Shown here in pieces: positions 9,824 through 24,310 of a stretch of DNA of 64,000 nucleotides (within the stretch, counting starts at the first letter, position 1; every line of letters begins with the position of its first letter). The stretch covers positions 160,789 through 224,788 of the forward strand of contig NW_027192215.1 in assembly GCF_041956535.1 (NCBI RefSeq), written 5' to 3'. The stretch comes from Calcarisporiella thermophila CBS 279.70 (taxonomy: Eukaryota; Fungi; Calcarisporiellomycota). The notes under the pieces were generated by a model. It was not told the origin of the DNA, ran no database searches, and was given only the letters and a program-made list of their open reading frames with translations. A program made the translations under genes and the position numbers.

Positions 9824-11700
9824 ATGAAGGCACTGAAAAGATATTATTTTGTGAATATTAGTATTGATAATCTTAAAAATATCGTGTTCTATGTAATCAT
9901 CTCGCGATTGACTCGTTGGATACTAATAAGGATCTGGAGGCGAGGTCTGGTGGGATTCACGCTTGATATATGGAAAAGCATAGTCAAGGCAAGCTTTTAA
10001 ATGGCTCTAATTCGCAAGATGCTTGTGTTTGTGACATATTTACCTCCAATATTAATTTTAGAGAGCATTTGGCCTCTTTTGCCGCATTCCTCCAGTCCGT
10101 CGCTACATCTCTCAGAAACTTGCTGTCCCCCTTGAAGAAATTGTAAAATCGGTTGCTCCTAAAAATCATGGAACAACACGCCAGCTCTCTCTCCCGCCAA
10201 TTGGCCTCTCTGATACTCAAGTATTATACCGTCTCACTGAATATTCTAAGCTTGGAAGGGACGTGTCTGAATCATTGAGGCAGGGAAAAGTCTCTGGTGC
10301 GGTCTACCACGGAGGCGAGGAACTTGCTGATCTCTGCACCCAGGCCTATCGAATGTTTGCATTTTCAAATCCACTTCATGCCGAGCTTTTTCCTGGAGTA
10401 AATAAAATGGAGGCGGAAATAGTCAGCATGTGTCTGCATATATTCAACGCACCAAAGGAAGATGGCTGTGGAACGACAACATCAGGAGGTACAGAAAGTA
10501 TTCTAATGGCAGTGAAAGCATATAGAGATAAGGCGCGGGAAGAACGAGGTATTGTTGAACCGGAAATGTATGTAATTCGAAATTGCTTTGTTTTCTATAT
10601 TCTTTCCCAATTCAACCTCTCTGGATACTCTCTTTCAAAATTGATATTAATTTTTGAACTATTATAGAATTATTCCGGAGACCGCACATGCTGCCTTCAA
10701 CAAAGCCTGCGCGTATTTTTGTGTTAAACCCGTCATTGCACCCCTTGACTCCAAAAATTACAAGGTGGATGTTAAGGCCGTAAAGCGCCTCATCAATGGC
10801 AATACGGTGATGATTGTTGGCTCAGCTCCGTACATCGAAACTATATATCAGTGAAATCGAGATAAACATTGACTCGCCTTTTTGTTTATTGTACATAGAA
10901 ATTTTCCGCATGGTATCATAGATGATATCCCGCAGCTTGCCGCTCTGGCCAAGAAATACGGCATAGGGATGCATGTTGATTGTTGCTTAGGAGGTTTTGT
11001 TGTGCCCTTCTTAGATCGTGCGGGCTTCCCTACCGAACCTACAGATTTTCGCGTTCCAGGCGTGACTTCAATATCATGTGATACGCATAAGTATGGTTTT
11101 GCACCTAAGGGCTCTTCAGTAATTCTCTATTCCAGCAGAGCCATCCGTCAATATCAATATTTTTGCGAGCCCGATTGGATTGGAGGAGTCTATGCTAGCC
11201 CGACTATGGCTGGATCACGGCCTGGGGCATTAATAGCAGGATGTTGGGCTGCCTTAATGCGAACGGGAGAGCAAGGCTATATCGACGCAACAAGAAAGAT
11301 GGTCAAGAGTGCACGTATTATCAAAGAGGGTATAAACAACACCGAAGGGCTATTTGTGTTAGGTGATCCAAAAACTACTGTGATTGCCTTTAGTGTTAAG
11401 GACGATCCATTACTCGTCTTCGCGATTGCTTCCAGGCTCTCCAAGGAACATGGATATTATCTAACTTTGATGCAGAATCCACCAGCTGCGCATATTGCCT
11501 GTACATTGCTTACAACTGAAGAAGCCGCTGAAAATTTTTTGATTGATATAAGAAATGCAATGCACTGGGTACGACAACACCCTGAAATAAGGTGCCAGAA
11601 TTTTGAAGCAGTGCTCTATGGAACAACAGCTTCACTGCCGGATAAGAGCTTTCTTCGGGAGGGATCAGCTACATTTTTGGATGCGTTATACATGGCATAG
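9824..11700 (+). CDS. DPL1: Sphingosine-1-phosphate lyase (PLP-dependent), 4 exons, first intron GC-AG
   Basis: GKVSGAVYHGG, SNPLHAELFPGV.KMEAEIVSM, TSGGTESIL, HVDCCLGGF, SISCDTHKYGFAPKG (PLP lysine), YASPTMAGSRPG. N-terminal TM exon is joined through intron 9989-10061. Confidence 0.95.
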
Positions 11701-11959
11701 CATTTTTTTTATTGTCGCTTTTGTTTCAGCGCTTTCCGAGGAACTATTGCATTAGCATACATTTAATAATAGTAAATAGAATAATGTGTATTTTAGGTGT
11801 CAAAGATATGTAGTTTTAAGACCAATAAAGCGATGATGTAAAATATACTATATAACAATGCACCTATATTGGGTATATGCCACATAAATATAAAACTATA
11901 GTTACATTGGTAGCAAATGATGAGATATATGTATGAAATTTATACTCGAAGGAGCATGA

Positions 11960-12382
11960 TTATCTCCCAGTAAGAGAACTATTTGCAGGGTTGTGCAAAG
12001 ATCCAGCTTGGAACAATGATTCCCGTGACAAACTCCATGCGGTCCACTTTTTTTTTATAGCCTCTTTCTCAGTATGAATGTTCTGTTGCTTGGGAGGTAG
12101 AGAGCGCATAGAAGACATTCGCTTTAGTTGTTGCAGAGAACTATTAAATGGTGCCTTTAAAATGCGTGCGATTAGAGATGTTCTACGGATCAGCATCGGT
12201 GATTCTGTAGCTGGATCTTTAATAGTTATGGATGAAGAGTCAGAGATGCAGTCATTAGAGGAAGATATATCTGTATTGCAGGAAAAAGATTGATCGAAAA
12301 GAGAGAGAAGCTCGTGCTCTAAATTAGAGAGCCGAATAGAGAGCTCATCGTTATTGCTCTGGATATTCTTCTGTTGATGCAT
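11960..12382 (-). CDS. Hypothetical Ser-rich protein (140 aa)
   Basis: ATG-initiated ORF with an N-terminal coiled-coil-like segment and basophilic kinase-site-like motifs (RRTS, KRMSS). Divergent from FMP27. No family recognised. Confidence 0.5.
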   Translation of the reverse strand: MHQQKNIQSNNDELSIRLSNLEHELLSLFDQSFSCNTDISSSNDCISDSSSITIKDPATESPMLIRRTSLIARILKAPFNSSLQQLKRMSSMRSLPPKQQNIHTEKEAIKKKWTAWSLSRESLFQAGSLHNPANSSLTGR

Positions 12383-12674
12383 AACGAATGGCAGTTAAGA
12401 TATGTGCAATTACTTCGACAAATTTTTTAGAGGTTGACTTTGGCCACCGAGGGACCAAAATGTTTGAAGTGGTAAATTTGGGGAAATAGTCACAATACAA
12501 ATTAGTGCTGAAAAAATGCGGAAATGAGTGCAAAAAGAAAATTTAACCCCAAAGTCTTCTGATTGTTATTCATATGTCGTATCCATAATTTTTACGGTTC
12601 TCTTGCTCTACATCCATTTTCTGGCCACGAAATAATTGTTATTTTACTGAAGAGGACTTCAGGGCAATGACATC

Positions 12675-15600
12675 ATGTCAGTATCTACCCAGCATGTCCT
12701 AATCTCTCTTCTACTACTCTTCTTCTCCTATTTCTGCATCCGGTCGATTTTCCGTTTACTCGAAAAGCATTTTCGTATTCGCGTACGGCGCTTCGGCTTC
12801 TTCTCTATCACAGACCTACAGTATGAATGGTTTCCTAATGAAGAAGCTACTTCGCGTTTCATTCGCCTTGAATTTGCAAAAATGCGTCTACTTATGAAGC
12901 GCACTCTCGCTACACCTGAGGCAAATAGTAGCGAGGGGCCTCGGAGCAGCGCATGGATTACCCTGTATGTACGCGATCTAAAATTAACATTATCCACATT
13001 TGATGTGGTGAAGGCGACAAAGTCAAGTAAGCAACGGAAATCTATCGTGCAACGAATTCCATGGTGGTATACGCTCTCTATTGTGCGAATTTTAATGGAG
13101 TGGCTCAGCGCGGTACCAATGCAATTCTTTTTAAGTGGACTCGCAAACTATGTCGATCTACGAATAGAACGATTCCGTGTTTCTGTAGGGGATTTAGGAG
13201 TTCTTGAGGTCGATAATATCTCCACGGGGCTTAAGCTTTTTGCACAAGTGATAATGCAAGAGGGGCGATATTCAACAACATGTGCAACAAATCCTGCAGG
13301 TCTGACTTCTGCTTCATCAGATTCAGAAGAAGTAGAACATGTTCAACACTCTCCCAAGAATAGCCGACATCTTTTTGCTGATAAATTTCTCAAAATATTC
13401 ATAAACTACTCATGTATCCGAGTGCGAGATATCACTTCTGCACAGCTTATCTTACAAAATACTCCGTTAGCCTCACTCTTACGTTCGAGTGCGATGACAG
13501 CGTTATCCGCTTCAACAACTACGTACGTCCCACCCGCGATGGAAATCCCTGGTGTGATAAATCTGGTGATATCTTGCCATCTAAACCCTGCTTGTACAAA
13601 ACTAAAGACATTTGAGGTTAACTTCACGGTGGACGATATGATCTTTGGAGTGGATGCCTTACTACGCATACAAAACGCACTGAAACCTACCTCTACCGGA
13701 AGCCATGAGCCACCGACAAAATCAACAGAATCGCGTCGTGGCCGCCGCACTTTTCGTATCGGTGGAAAACGGGCTTCTCCGCCTTCAACTGCCGCTCCCA
13801 AATGTCATTTTAATTCGGTTAACATCAATATATCAAAGATCGTGTTCCTCTACGAGTGTACACCACATCTCCCATTTTCACTCGCTTTATTCGTAAACAA
13901 GCTAACCACCAACATCTTAATCGAAGCGCAGCACTCGCAACGTCGTCATCATCACTTCCGGGGTCAAGCTTTAAACGTGATGCCATATCAATTCGTCGCT
14001 TCTATTTCACTGATGCATTTAGACGCAGTTGAGGCACCTATAATGGCATATAATAAGTTGCGATCGATTCAGCCGAACTGGTTCACATTAGAGAAGATGG
14101 ATATGGTGTTAAAAGCAACAGCACTTCCAGCCTCAAATCAGTTCGAGACAGTAGATGAAGGAGACCCTAATGCCTTCTCTTTAATTATGAAGCTTAATCT
14201 TGAATCACCACGTGTGGTTCTTGATATAGCCAAAGTAAGCAAAATAATAGAAGAGGTGGGAAATTTCGGTAATACGGAGCGCGATACGAAAAATGCACAA
14301 ACCAGCATTTCGGAGGCGTCTTTATTCAGGTATATATTATTTTCACCACAATATGCTTGATATATTTTATTTAATCTTGCGTGTATTATACAGTTTTCTG
14401 CCAAAAGCCGATATTAACATAACGGTGCTTTCTCCTGCTCTCAAAATATTACAACCTGATGGTCATAAGAGCCTGCTATTTTGCCTAGAAGAAATACTTT
14501 TTGAAGCGAGTTGCGCCTATGCAGTAGATACCGAAGATTCGGATGTATCAGACAATATCTTGACAATGCAGCGGAGGATCTCTCTTGCCACAAATTCTCG
14601 GAAGACATCCACTGGTTTCCTATCTTCCCTATCAACCAGGTCCAATAGCGCATGGAGCGGCTATTTTGATCTGATTGCGTCCCTAAAGATAATTGGCATT
14701 TCATTGGAAACTTTGAAGAGCGGAAGTTCTCTCGGAGGTGACGAGAGTATTATTCTATTGCCTGTCTTTGAGGGAAACCTTAAGGGCTATTGTCCTGCAA
14801 GCACTGATCGAGATGGGAGTGGGATTGGCGGAATCGATATTTATTCAATGCAGAATGATGTTTCAGTAACCATTGCAAAACTGACTCTAAATGGATGGGC
14901 TGGTTGTGGAGCTGACCTTGAAAATACTCTCGAAATTTTATTCTCTACTCAAGCAGCCCTTTTTGCGCACACTCTCACATCACCGACTCCATCTTTTGCA
15001 AAAATTAAAGTTGAGGATAGCCGCGTGAGCTCGAGAGCTAAGTCGTTATTACTCGATAATGCTACATGGCACATCTCCCTTGCTTCATTTGAAGTAACCT
15101 TCATTGGTACAGATGCCACCAAGCCTACACTTCCTGGCAGTCCAATGCCGGCATATGATCGAAAAGGTGGCTTAAGGGTACACTTGGAATCCATGACAAT
15201 TGATTGCAGGGGAGCTTCAGTTAGTAACAACACACTGAGCGGTCAAAGCTTGAGTTTCGGAAATAAGGGCTTGGATGCGAATGCCGGACAAACAGTGGTT
15301 TTTGCTAAGTCAAAAAAGTTACGGATAACTGGTGTTATGGTTTCTCCCTACACAGGTATTCTAGTGGATCGCCGTGATGACTTACTTAATATACCGCAGA
15401 TGGAGGTGGCTGCCGCAATAGCTAAAGAAAAGGCTGAGTTGATATCAAAAGAGAAGATTCAAGTCCGAGTGAAGCAATTCAATGTTTCGTTTTCTTTGGC
15501 GAATTACTACTGCTGTTTATTGGCATGTGCAGGAGTAATGAAGATAATGCAAAGTGCAGGAAAAATAATACCTAGGTAAACCGTTGACTTTTATCCCATT

Positions 15601-18600
15601 TTGAATTAAACAGAATTTTGAATCTTTAACTTAATTACAGAGAAAGCGCTTCTAACTCGGATTCCCAAGCTCAAAAGCCTGCTGGCGATTCTACTCTCCC
15701 AAATAAACCTCAGTTATCAATTGTAATCGATCAAGTCAATATCTCCGCGCTCTTGCCTGGCCAACTCAAGCTCTTCTCTCGCATTGATTTTATTGACATA
15801 CGTTCTAATCCTGAAACCGCCATTAACCAGGATGATCACGCCACAGTGTCATGTATAAGGATCTTCGTCGTTTCACCTTACTGTAGCAACCTGTGGGAAG
15901 AGCTCATTGGTATTGACAGTGTGCATATTGGAGGAGAATCAAGTCCTGAAGACAGTTTAACGGTGATCAAGGTCCCTCTATTACGGCTCAGAGTTCCTTT
16001 TAACTATGTCCTCGCCAATATTCTTGATAACGGAATTGCCACTTTCAAGGCAGTGAAGAAATTATACGTTCGCTTTATGAAGCCTGGTATGCCAGAGCCG
16101 GTTGAACCTATTCCCAAATCGCCCGCTATTATGAAGCGATTCCGTTTGGAGGCAGATGTCATAACGCTGATTATTGAGGATGATCCATTTGAAGCGAAAT
16201 TAAATCTTATCTGGAGAACAGGATGCGGTGTACAACGAGAAAGGTTATGGCGTGAAGCTGCATTTCAAGCAAAAGTGGACGCAATGAACGCAAACGCAAA
16301 TCAAACTGTAGGTGGAGGAGGAGAGGCTGACCAAAATGAATTTCCAGCAGATGGGCAAGAAGTCCAGGAAGAAGCCAATTGGAAAGTGAACATCCAGGAA
16401 GCGTGGGATAAGCTGCTGCAATATAATTCACAAGAGTGGTTAAAACGAATACAAACTGCACGTGAAAAGCAATGGCAACATCAACATTGGCAACGCCAGT
16501 TACTCCAACAAGCCAATCCAATTCGCCTTGGCGCAACGCATATGTCCGATTTTGAAGACGAAATTTTGGAAGCACAACAGTTACCAATTGCTTTGGCAGA
16601 ACCCGGAAACTATCCACCTTTATTAAAGGTGACTTTCTACCGGCCAAAGTTGACGTTCTCTCCGCCCAGTTTTCCAATAGAGAAAGCAAAAGCTTTCCTA
16701 CACGAAGTTGGAAAGGGAATGCCACTAGATATTGAATTACAAACTTTTATCCCACTTCGACTTAAATGGACGATGGAAGAAGCTTCTGTGTTAATCAGAG
16801 ACTATCCTATGCCGTTACTACATATACCACCGATGAATAGAGAAGATACTTCTCCAATCGCTTATGTATTTGATGGCGACTTTATTATTGGAGAGGAAAT
16901 GACCGATGAGGAGAGTGTGAGATATGTCGATGTGACGATTTGGAGTCTCGAGGGGGATTTAGCGGATGAGTATTTGATGCGAGTTGAGCGTGTTGCAACC
17001 CCAATCAAGTTTTTCTCGACAGTACATGTGGATATATACACTCCATATGTGACACGCCTCTGCTGGTCAATGTCCGTACAGCCTGCAATACAAGAACTCG
17101 TGCGTGTGATTGACACTTTTACTCATCCCACTGTCGATCCCTCAGAAAAAACTGGCTTCTGGGATAAGATTAGGCTAATGCACCATACTCGGACTACTAT
17201 CGATTTTCATGGGGAAGGTGGTGTAGTTTTATCGGTTAAAGGAATGCGTGATCCCTATGCTACTCACGAGGATGGGGCAGGCTTAGCAATGGTTTGGAAG
17301 AAACGTGTTCAATTGCGGCTGGGGATACCTAATGAGGAACAAGAATTTCTCCAAGTTGACAGCGAAGAATCAATTTTAGTTATTCCCAATTTAGAAGCCC
17401 TTGCTTTTGCCGACCAAGTACCCCCCGTTTCGGCATCATCTTCATCATCAATATCCTCAGGGTTTGGTTCTAAAATATCAAAAAACGCAGGAAATTGGCT
17501 TGTGGACGATCTACCTTTTCAAAAAGTACTTACAAAACTGTCGGGAGGAGTTCGATGGGGCTTAGGGCTACATTTTGAACGTACTTGTCCTAGCAGGTGT
17601 CTTAACTGCAATAACCAACGCATGTGTCGTTTTTTCAATTTTATACCACATTATGAGGTAAAATATCGGGTTCCTCAACATGCGATTGCACCCGAGGGAA
17701 TGGTAATTAAGATTTCTTTTTTAGTTTGCACTATCAACACATTGTACATTATTAATTTTCCAACACCTTTAGGAATACGACTCGTTCGCTGGGTTTCGGT
17801 CTGACTCTATGCATGGCTCTCTAAGTGTCATAAGCCCGCTCGGCAAATTTGTCGGAATTGCAGGCACGCCTCATAACGCAGCACATCTTACTCCACGTGT
17901 GGCGGACCACTTTTGGAAATGGTGTCGTCTATTTGGAGCCGAAACACCTTCAATTCCGATCAAACAGGGAAAGCTATTCCCATCACTCGAGAAACCGGGA
18001 AAAAAATTCACGAAGAACCTAGGCACGCTAGCATTCAAGGTGTGCATGTCTCCACTGTCGATTGGTTATATTTACAAAGAAGACACGTTTATTGAGGGGA
18101 TAGGCGAAGGAGGTGCAGATTCGCTGGGCCTTAAGGCAGCAGTAAGCTCATTCAGTTTTGACTTGCATCAACGAAGAAAGAAATCTGTGATTATAGTCGA
18201 CCATTTGGGACCTCTTGAAAGACCGCAATGGACCTTGCCGGCGGTAGAGATTGTGCTACGAGAGCTGGATTTGCGCGCAATTCATGCAAAATATATTCGA
18301 AAGCAACAAAATGTAAATATGGCATCGAACTCATCCACAGGCTCATCGAACTCTTCACTTTCTTCTACATTCACCTTCTCGCCTGGTGCTCGAATCACTT
18401 CTGCTTATGATTCCCAACAACAAACGCGTATTTCTCCCGAAGAGCCCGCCAATGATCGTGATGATATGTTCCAATGGATGGATTTAGATGACTTTACTGA
18501 ATTGAGCATCATGCCTTATCCCCCAGATATACATCCTGACATAAAAGTTATTCCCTTTGGTTATTCGCCGCTGCTCGTGTTTTTCAAGCAAATGGATGCT

Positions 18601-21600
18601 CAAACCGCGGAAGAGCAGGAGGGAATACCACCCATGCATAGCTGTATTCTTGGAACCGGGGAAGAAGCTAGAATTGTGCAACTACGGCTATTTCTGAAGC
18701 GGCTACACGCAGTGGAGACGGAAATTAAGAATATCTCAAATTTCGAGGTATGTTCAGTTTTATTTACTTTTGCACATATTCTTTATAACTCATAAATATA
18801 TAATATTCAAGAGTGGCAAGCAGCCAATTTTCGATATGGGGGAATTGCACAGAAAACGGAATGCGCTTAGAAGACACATTCGAATGCTTCAGGGGCACGA
18901 CCCGATGCATCGACTCATGTCTTCTTCTTCATTTTCCTCTCTTGAACTCGACCCCAAATACTCAGTACCTTCATCTACAAACAATATGTCGCCAAATCTA
19001 GATAGTAGTGGCCACTTTAGCCTACGCTATGTTGTTCACAATGCAGAGATTTGTTGGAACAATGCAATTCGCAACGTAATCTACAAATGCATGGATTTAC
19101 GTGAACAACATAAAGGGCTGAAATATTATATGTCGATGACTGCTGTACGATTCCTTCGGGATTTAACTGCTGCTGTTGGGCAGGGACACGAAGATAACCT
19201 TAGACAGCCTCATTCTGCATCTGATTCGTTGCGTGCAGATTCACCCGATTCTGAAGGAGCTGACATGGCCCAAGAGCTGATACGCCAGCTTATTGCAGAT
19301 CAAGAAAGCAACTTTGTTGCACAAAATGAAACGGTGGTGGAGATTGAGGCAAAAGAAGGGGACCAGAGCGACGTTTCATCAATTGATTTGAAAGGAGAAG
19401 TGGAAGCAGATGAGAAGCTTCCGCCCGGCTACTCAATGGAAAATGATTCCTTAGTAGAGTTCATTAACCTACAAATCAATCTCCAGAGCGATAAAAATCC
19501 CGGTGTGAGTGTGATCCCTGCTGCAGAACGGCTTCAGGTCAAGTGGCGCAACATTATTGATGAGAGTGTAGCTATCACTGATGATAACCGGAATCGAATT
19601 GTGAAACGTCGAATAAATTGTCGAATGGATAATGCGCAATTTTTCGTTGCGAAAAAAGCAGATTTCAAAGATCTGGTGCCGGAGGGATTTGCGTGCGGTG
19701 ATTGCTACGGTTCACGTGGTCGTGAAAGCTGGCCAGTCTGGATTCCGCTAGAGACCTTAATTGATCATGAAAGTCAGCCGAGATGGTTTGAAAGAGTGGT
19801 ACCACGTACCTCCATGTCATTGCAATATGATAAATTTAACTCGCTGTGGATTAAGAAAAGTCGTCCTGCCGCAGATAACCGTCGTAGTTCATGGGCACCC
19901 CTCAGAGATGACGACCCGGAATCGCGTTTCGACGATCGGGTAGATTTACTACGAGTAACCTGTCCACGGATCGTATTTACAGCAGACTCGGCTCAGTATT
20001 GTGCATATTATGATGTAGTTACCGACCTGCTAATGTATTTAGAACCACGTAAGAAGGAGCGTATGGAACGAGTTAAAGAAATTCTTCTCGCAGCGGATCC
20101 CGATGACTTGGCGGGTGCACCTGAAACACTTGCAATGCTGCAGGATCGCGTAAGGCAACTGCACGAACTTCGCCTACAAGTAATGGAAAATATTGAGAAT
20201 ACGACAAAACGTCTCTCCAAAGAATATGTAGCAGTAAAGCATAGCCTGATTAATGCCCAGGAGGAACTTTACATGATGATGACCGCGATCACACAGGCAC
20301 AAAGTAGCCGAAGAGAAACAGTGGGTGAGGTAAAGACAGCAATGAAGGTGTTAGTTTCCGCAGAAGAGCTCGTTTGGTGTATGATGTTAGATGCGCATAA
20401 TCCATTATGTGAGTGGACATTATCAGAACCCAACTTACTGTGGATAACAAATGAGGACCATTCGATGGTTTATTTGGTTGAGATAAACCAGTTTAACCTC
20501 ATTAACCGTCTTCCTGCACCTACTTTTGAGGAATTGCTTGCTCCTTATTTCGACGAACGACGCCCGCCTGACTTTTTCAGAAACAAGATGCTTCGTGTGT
20601 ATCTGCGTGAGATGGCTCCCGTCGGGGGGATACAAGTGATAGAGCACCTTGAAGTGAATATATTTCCCCTGCGCGTACAGATGTCATATGACGTCGCCAA
20701 GCAACTGGTGATGTATATTTTTCCTGAAAAGGCTCGAACAGGTTCTCCGGATGCTATCCATAATGCCAAGAGTACTGGTGCCAACAGTCCATATACCTCG
20801 ATAAATCCGGGTACGATTGAAGCTGCATCACGTAAGCGTAGAGGTGGTTTAAATGACACCCAAAACGAAGATATGGATGCCATTACTGTTGGAACTTCAG
20901 ACGCCATAAGCATATCATCTAAGCGACGCGGAATTTGGACAATTTCAACAGAACCAGAAGAATGGTTGGATGAGCTACATTTAATGAAAACGCGTGCATC
21001 ACAAAACCGGACATTCATTTATATAAAAGTACCTGAAGCAACTCATTGCCTTAGCTACCAGGTAAGTTCTTATACAGTTTAAACACTTTACTTGTCTGGA
21101 AACTAAAACATCTTCCCACTTGTTTAGGGCGCGAAAACAAAAAATATTGAGGATTTTAAAGATTTTGTATTCCGAATGCCAACTTTCGAGTACCAGAACA
21201 AAACTTGGACTTGGCTCGAGTTTATGGTTCAATTAAAAAAGGGTATTTTATACACTGTTTCACATTTGGAAATAGGACTGTATGCTAATATTATTGCATT
21301 GTAGATATCATGGGAACAGTCATAGCACATGCGGCGGCACTAATGAAAGAAAAGATTCTCCCTCGTCGACACAAATACATTCGTCGTCCCTCTAATCCAA
21401 GCAGCCTGCTCTTGCTTGAAGATGTGAATATTGACCCAACTGACTCTACACCGTCCCTCCCACTTGATCTTGGTGATAGCCGCGAGATGGTAATAGAGCA
21501 AGGACAGTACGAAGGTTGTGAAAGGGAGGAGTGCCTAGAAAATACGGATATAAACCCCGAATCAAATCAATTTATGGTCACCAAACCGACGGTTAGTGAA

Positions 21601-21979
21601 GGCAACGTTAGTGTGTCTCCCTCCCCAGCATTAAGGCCCACACAGTCAGAACAAGCTGGCCATAAACTGTTGTCAGGATTCAAGTATGGTTTTCTGTTGA
21701 TGGCGCATAATTTCAAGATTTACAATTGTGACATTTGATAGATTTATGAAATTTAAGAAGCGAGAACTTGATGTTGCTTCAGATGATGAGCTCGTACAAA
21801 AGGTAAATATAATATTCAATTTGTTCATTTATTAGTTGATTCACACTGTGGTAAATCAATAGGATAAAAAATTGCAATCCCAAAGATATTCTCCTTCAAG
21901 CCTACGATCACAAAAACCAGGCAACGATATGGAGAAGGGGAAAATGCTTTTGGGTAAAAACTACAGTCCTGGATATTGA
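12675..21979 (+). CDS. FMP27: Bridge-like lipid transfer protein FMP27/Hobbit/BLTP2, 9 exons
   Basis: N-terminal TM anchor; EDDPFEAKLNLIWRTG, GFWDKIRLMHH (GFWDK domain), WPVWIPLE (WPPW domain), and an Apt1-like C-terminus MKTRASQNRTFIYIKV..SYQG..IEDF..FVFRMPTFEYQNKTWTW. All introns are GT-AG. Confidence 0.93.
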
Positions 21980-22864
21980 TCTTTTTCTTGATTGTTTTTA
22001 GCTATTTGCATTTATTCAAACTATAGAATTTATCTAATTTACCTTTATTGATATATATTTTTCATTGATATTTACCGATACCCCAGTGTTATATTATTTT
22101 CTGAATGCCACATTACATAATTTACAATAAAACATTGATAGAAAGTATACACACCCATTGAGATGTCCTAAGGCAATGTTAAACTATTAATTTATTTTCA
22201 TATTTTTAATAAAACTTGTACATCACGGGTTTTTAAAGGAATGGTTACTAGAGAAAGTGATTGAGGTTTGGTATGGAATATTTTCATATTATTGACCTTG
22301 CTCGACCATGTATTTGGTTATTATAATCGGCTCTAAAAAGAGTTAAAAATTTTGTATGCATTAATTGTCCAAACAATATGCTATAGCAACCTCGCCACAT
22401 TATCATATACAATTTATTAGAATGCAAAGTAATTCCTGGTTTTTTTGTCATTTAATCAAATTACAAATTTCAATAAAATATAAGAAAAAAATCAATAAAT
22501 AAAAAGAAATTTACAAAAAATTCATGAATTAAATAAAATTTTTGAAACTTTTGCTTTTTTAAATTTTTTATTTGTCAATTTTTAAAGAATTTTTTATATA
22601 AATTTTCTATTGTTATATTTCCAAATTCTTTTCACTCTCATGGAAATCCAATGTTATAAAAATAATTTTGTATCCATGTTATATAGTATTTTAATATTAA
22701 AAACTTATTTCAAGTTTTACAGAGATCTAATTATTGTAGAATTTATGTCAATAATTATTTAGCGAACAAATAGCCAAAGCTACGTAATATTCAATCGATG
22801 CCAATAATCCTAATATGGACAATTGAGTTCTCCAAATTTCTTTTTAACAACTCGTTTTAAAATC

Positions 22865-24216
22865 ATGCAATTTGCTAGATTGCGGTGCTATCATTCCCCT
22901 TTACTGAGGCATAAATGGATTTTTCGAAAATATACCACTGCAAGAGCCATGGTGTACTCTCAATATGGCCAACCGAAAGATGTTTTGAAGTTAGTTAATC
23001 TAATCTACGATTACCTCCCAGGTTTATTTTAATTCGACCAATTTTAAAGATTGCTAGAATATCAGCTACCGATGCCCAAAGATGATAATATTATCTTACG
23101 TTTCTTAGCTACTCCTGTTAATCCAGCTGATATCAATCAAATAGAGGGTGTATATCCTGTGAAGCCACCATTTACAAAAGAATTTGCACCAGATCAAGCT
23201 GTTGCTATTGCAGGAAATGAGGGAGTAGCAGAGGTCGTAGCAACAGGAAATGGTGTTAATGATATTAAAGTTGGTGATTTGGTGGTCATGGCGCGTGTGG
23301 CCTTTGGTGAGTGCATATAATATTTTTTTGCCATAAATATATATATTTACTTAATTATTCAGGAACCTGGAGGACTCACGCGTTAGCAAAACCACAGGAT
23401 GTCGCAGTCATACCAAAAGATATAGGTTTGATTCATGCGGCTACCTTAACAGTAAACCCATGTACTGCATATCGCATGCTCAAAGACTTCGCTTCTCTTC
23501 AAAAAGGCAACATAATAATTTATTGATTCAGTACCGATTGACTTTTTAAACATTGTATAATTCTAATAGGAGATTTTATTATACAAAATGGTGCTAATAG
23601 CGGAGTTGGCCAGGCGGTCATTCAAATAGCAAGGAATTGGGGTATAAAAACCATCAATATCGTCCGAAACCGGTATGTATAATGGTTAATAACTGTCTTC
23701 TCATGCATGACTAATAAGAAATCTCATAGTCCGGATATTGAAAATTTGAAGTTTCGACTTCGTTCTCTCGGTGCTACATATGTCCTGCTCGATGAAGAAC
23801 TAGGAAAAAGAGAGACGAAAGAGAAGCTAAGGGAATGGACGCAAGGAAAATCAATCAAGCTGGGTCTAAACTGCGTTGGGGGGAAGAATACTACTGAAAT
23901 GTCACGTTTATTGGGAGTTGGTGGACATCTTGTTACCTATGGCGCAATGGGTCGCCAGCCCATCACTATACCTGCATCACTATTTATTTTCAAAGATATC
24001 CATCTTCATGGCTTCTGGGTCACACGATGGGGGGAAGCCAATCCACAAAAACGACAGGCAATGCTTGAAGATATTATCACAATGATTAAATCGGGAGAAC
24101 TTGCGGAAGTAGAAAATGAACAAAACAAATGGAATGGAGATGCCGACAGTTTTATTGAAGCAGTCAACAAGGCTGGTGTCAGTTTTGGTGGCAAAAAACA
24201 GATTATAGTTTTTTAA
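22865..24216 (+). CDS. ETR1: Mitochondrial trans-2-enoyl-ACP/CoA reductase (MECR/ETR1), 5 exons
   Basis: Presequence-like N-terminus; [63 protein letters not shown]. Confidence 0.93.
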
Positions 24217-24310
24217 TAAAATCAAGATTCGAAGGCAGTAATTTGAAAATGGTTCAGCGAAAAGATAAATAAGCAAATTTTACAAAACCGCTAATTCAAC
24301 TGGATACAGT

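Noticed and set aside
12728-21232. Numerous short antisense or alternative-frame ORFs within FMP27
   Set aside because: Explained by overlap with a long real CDS; no independent motifs.
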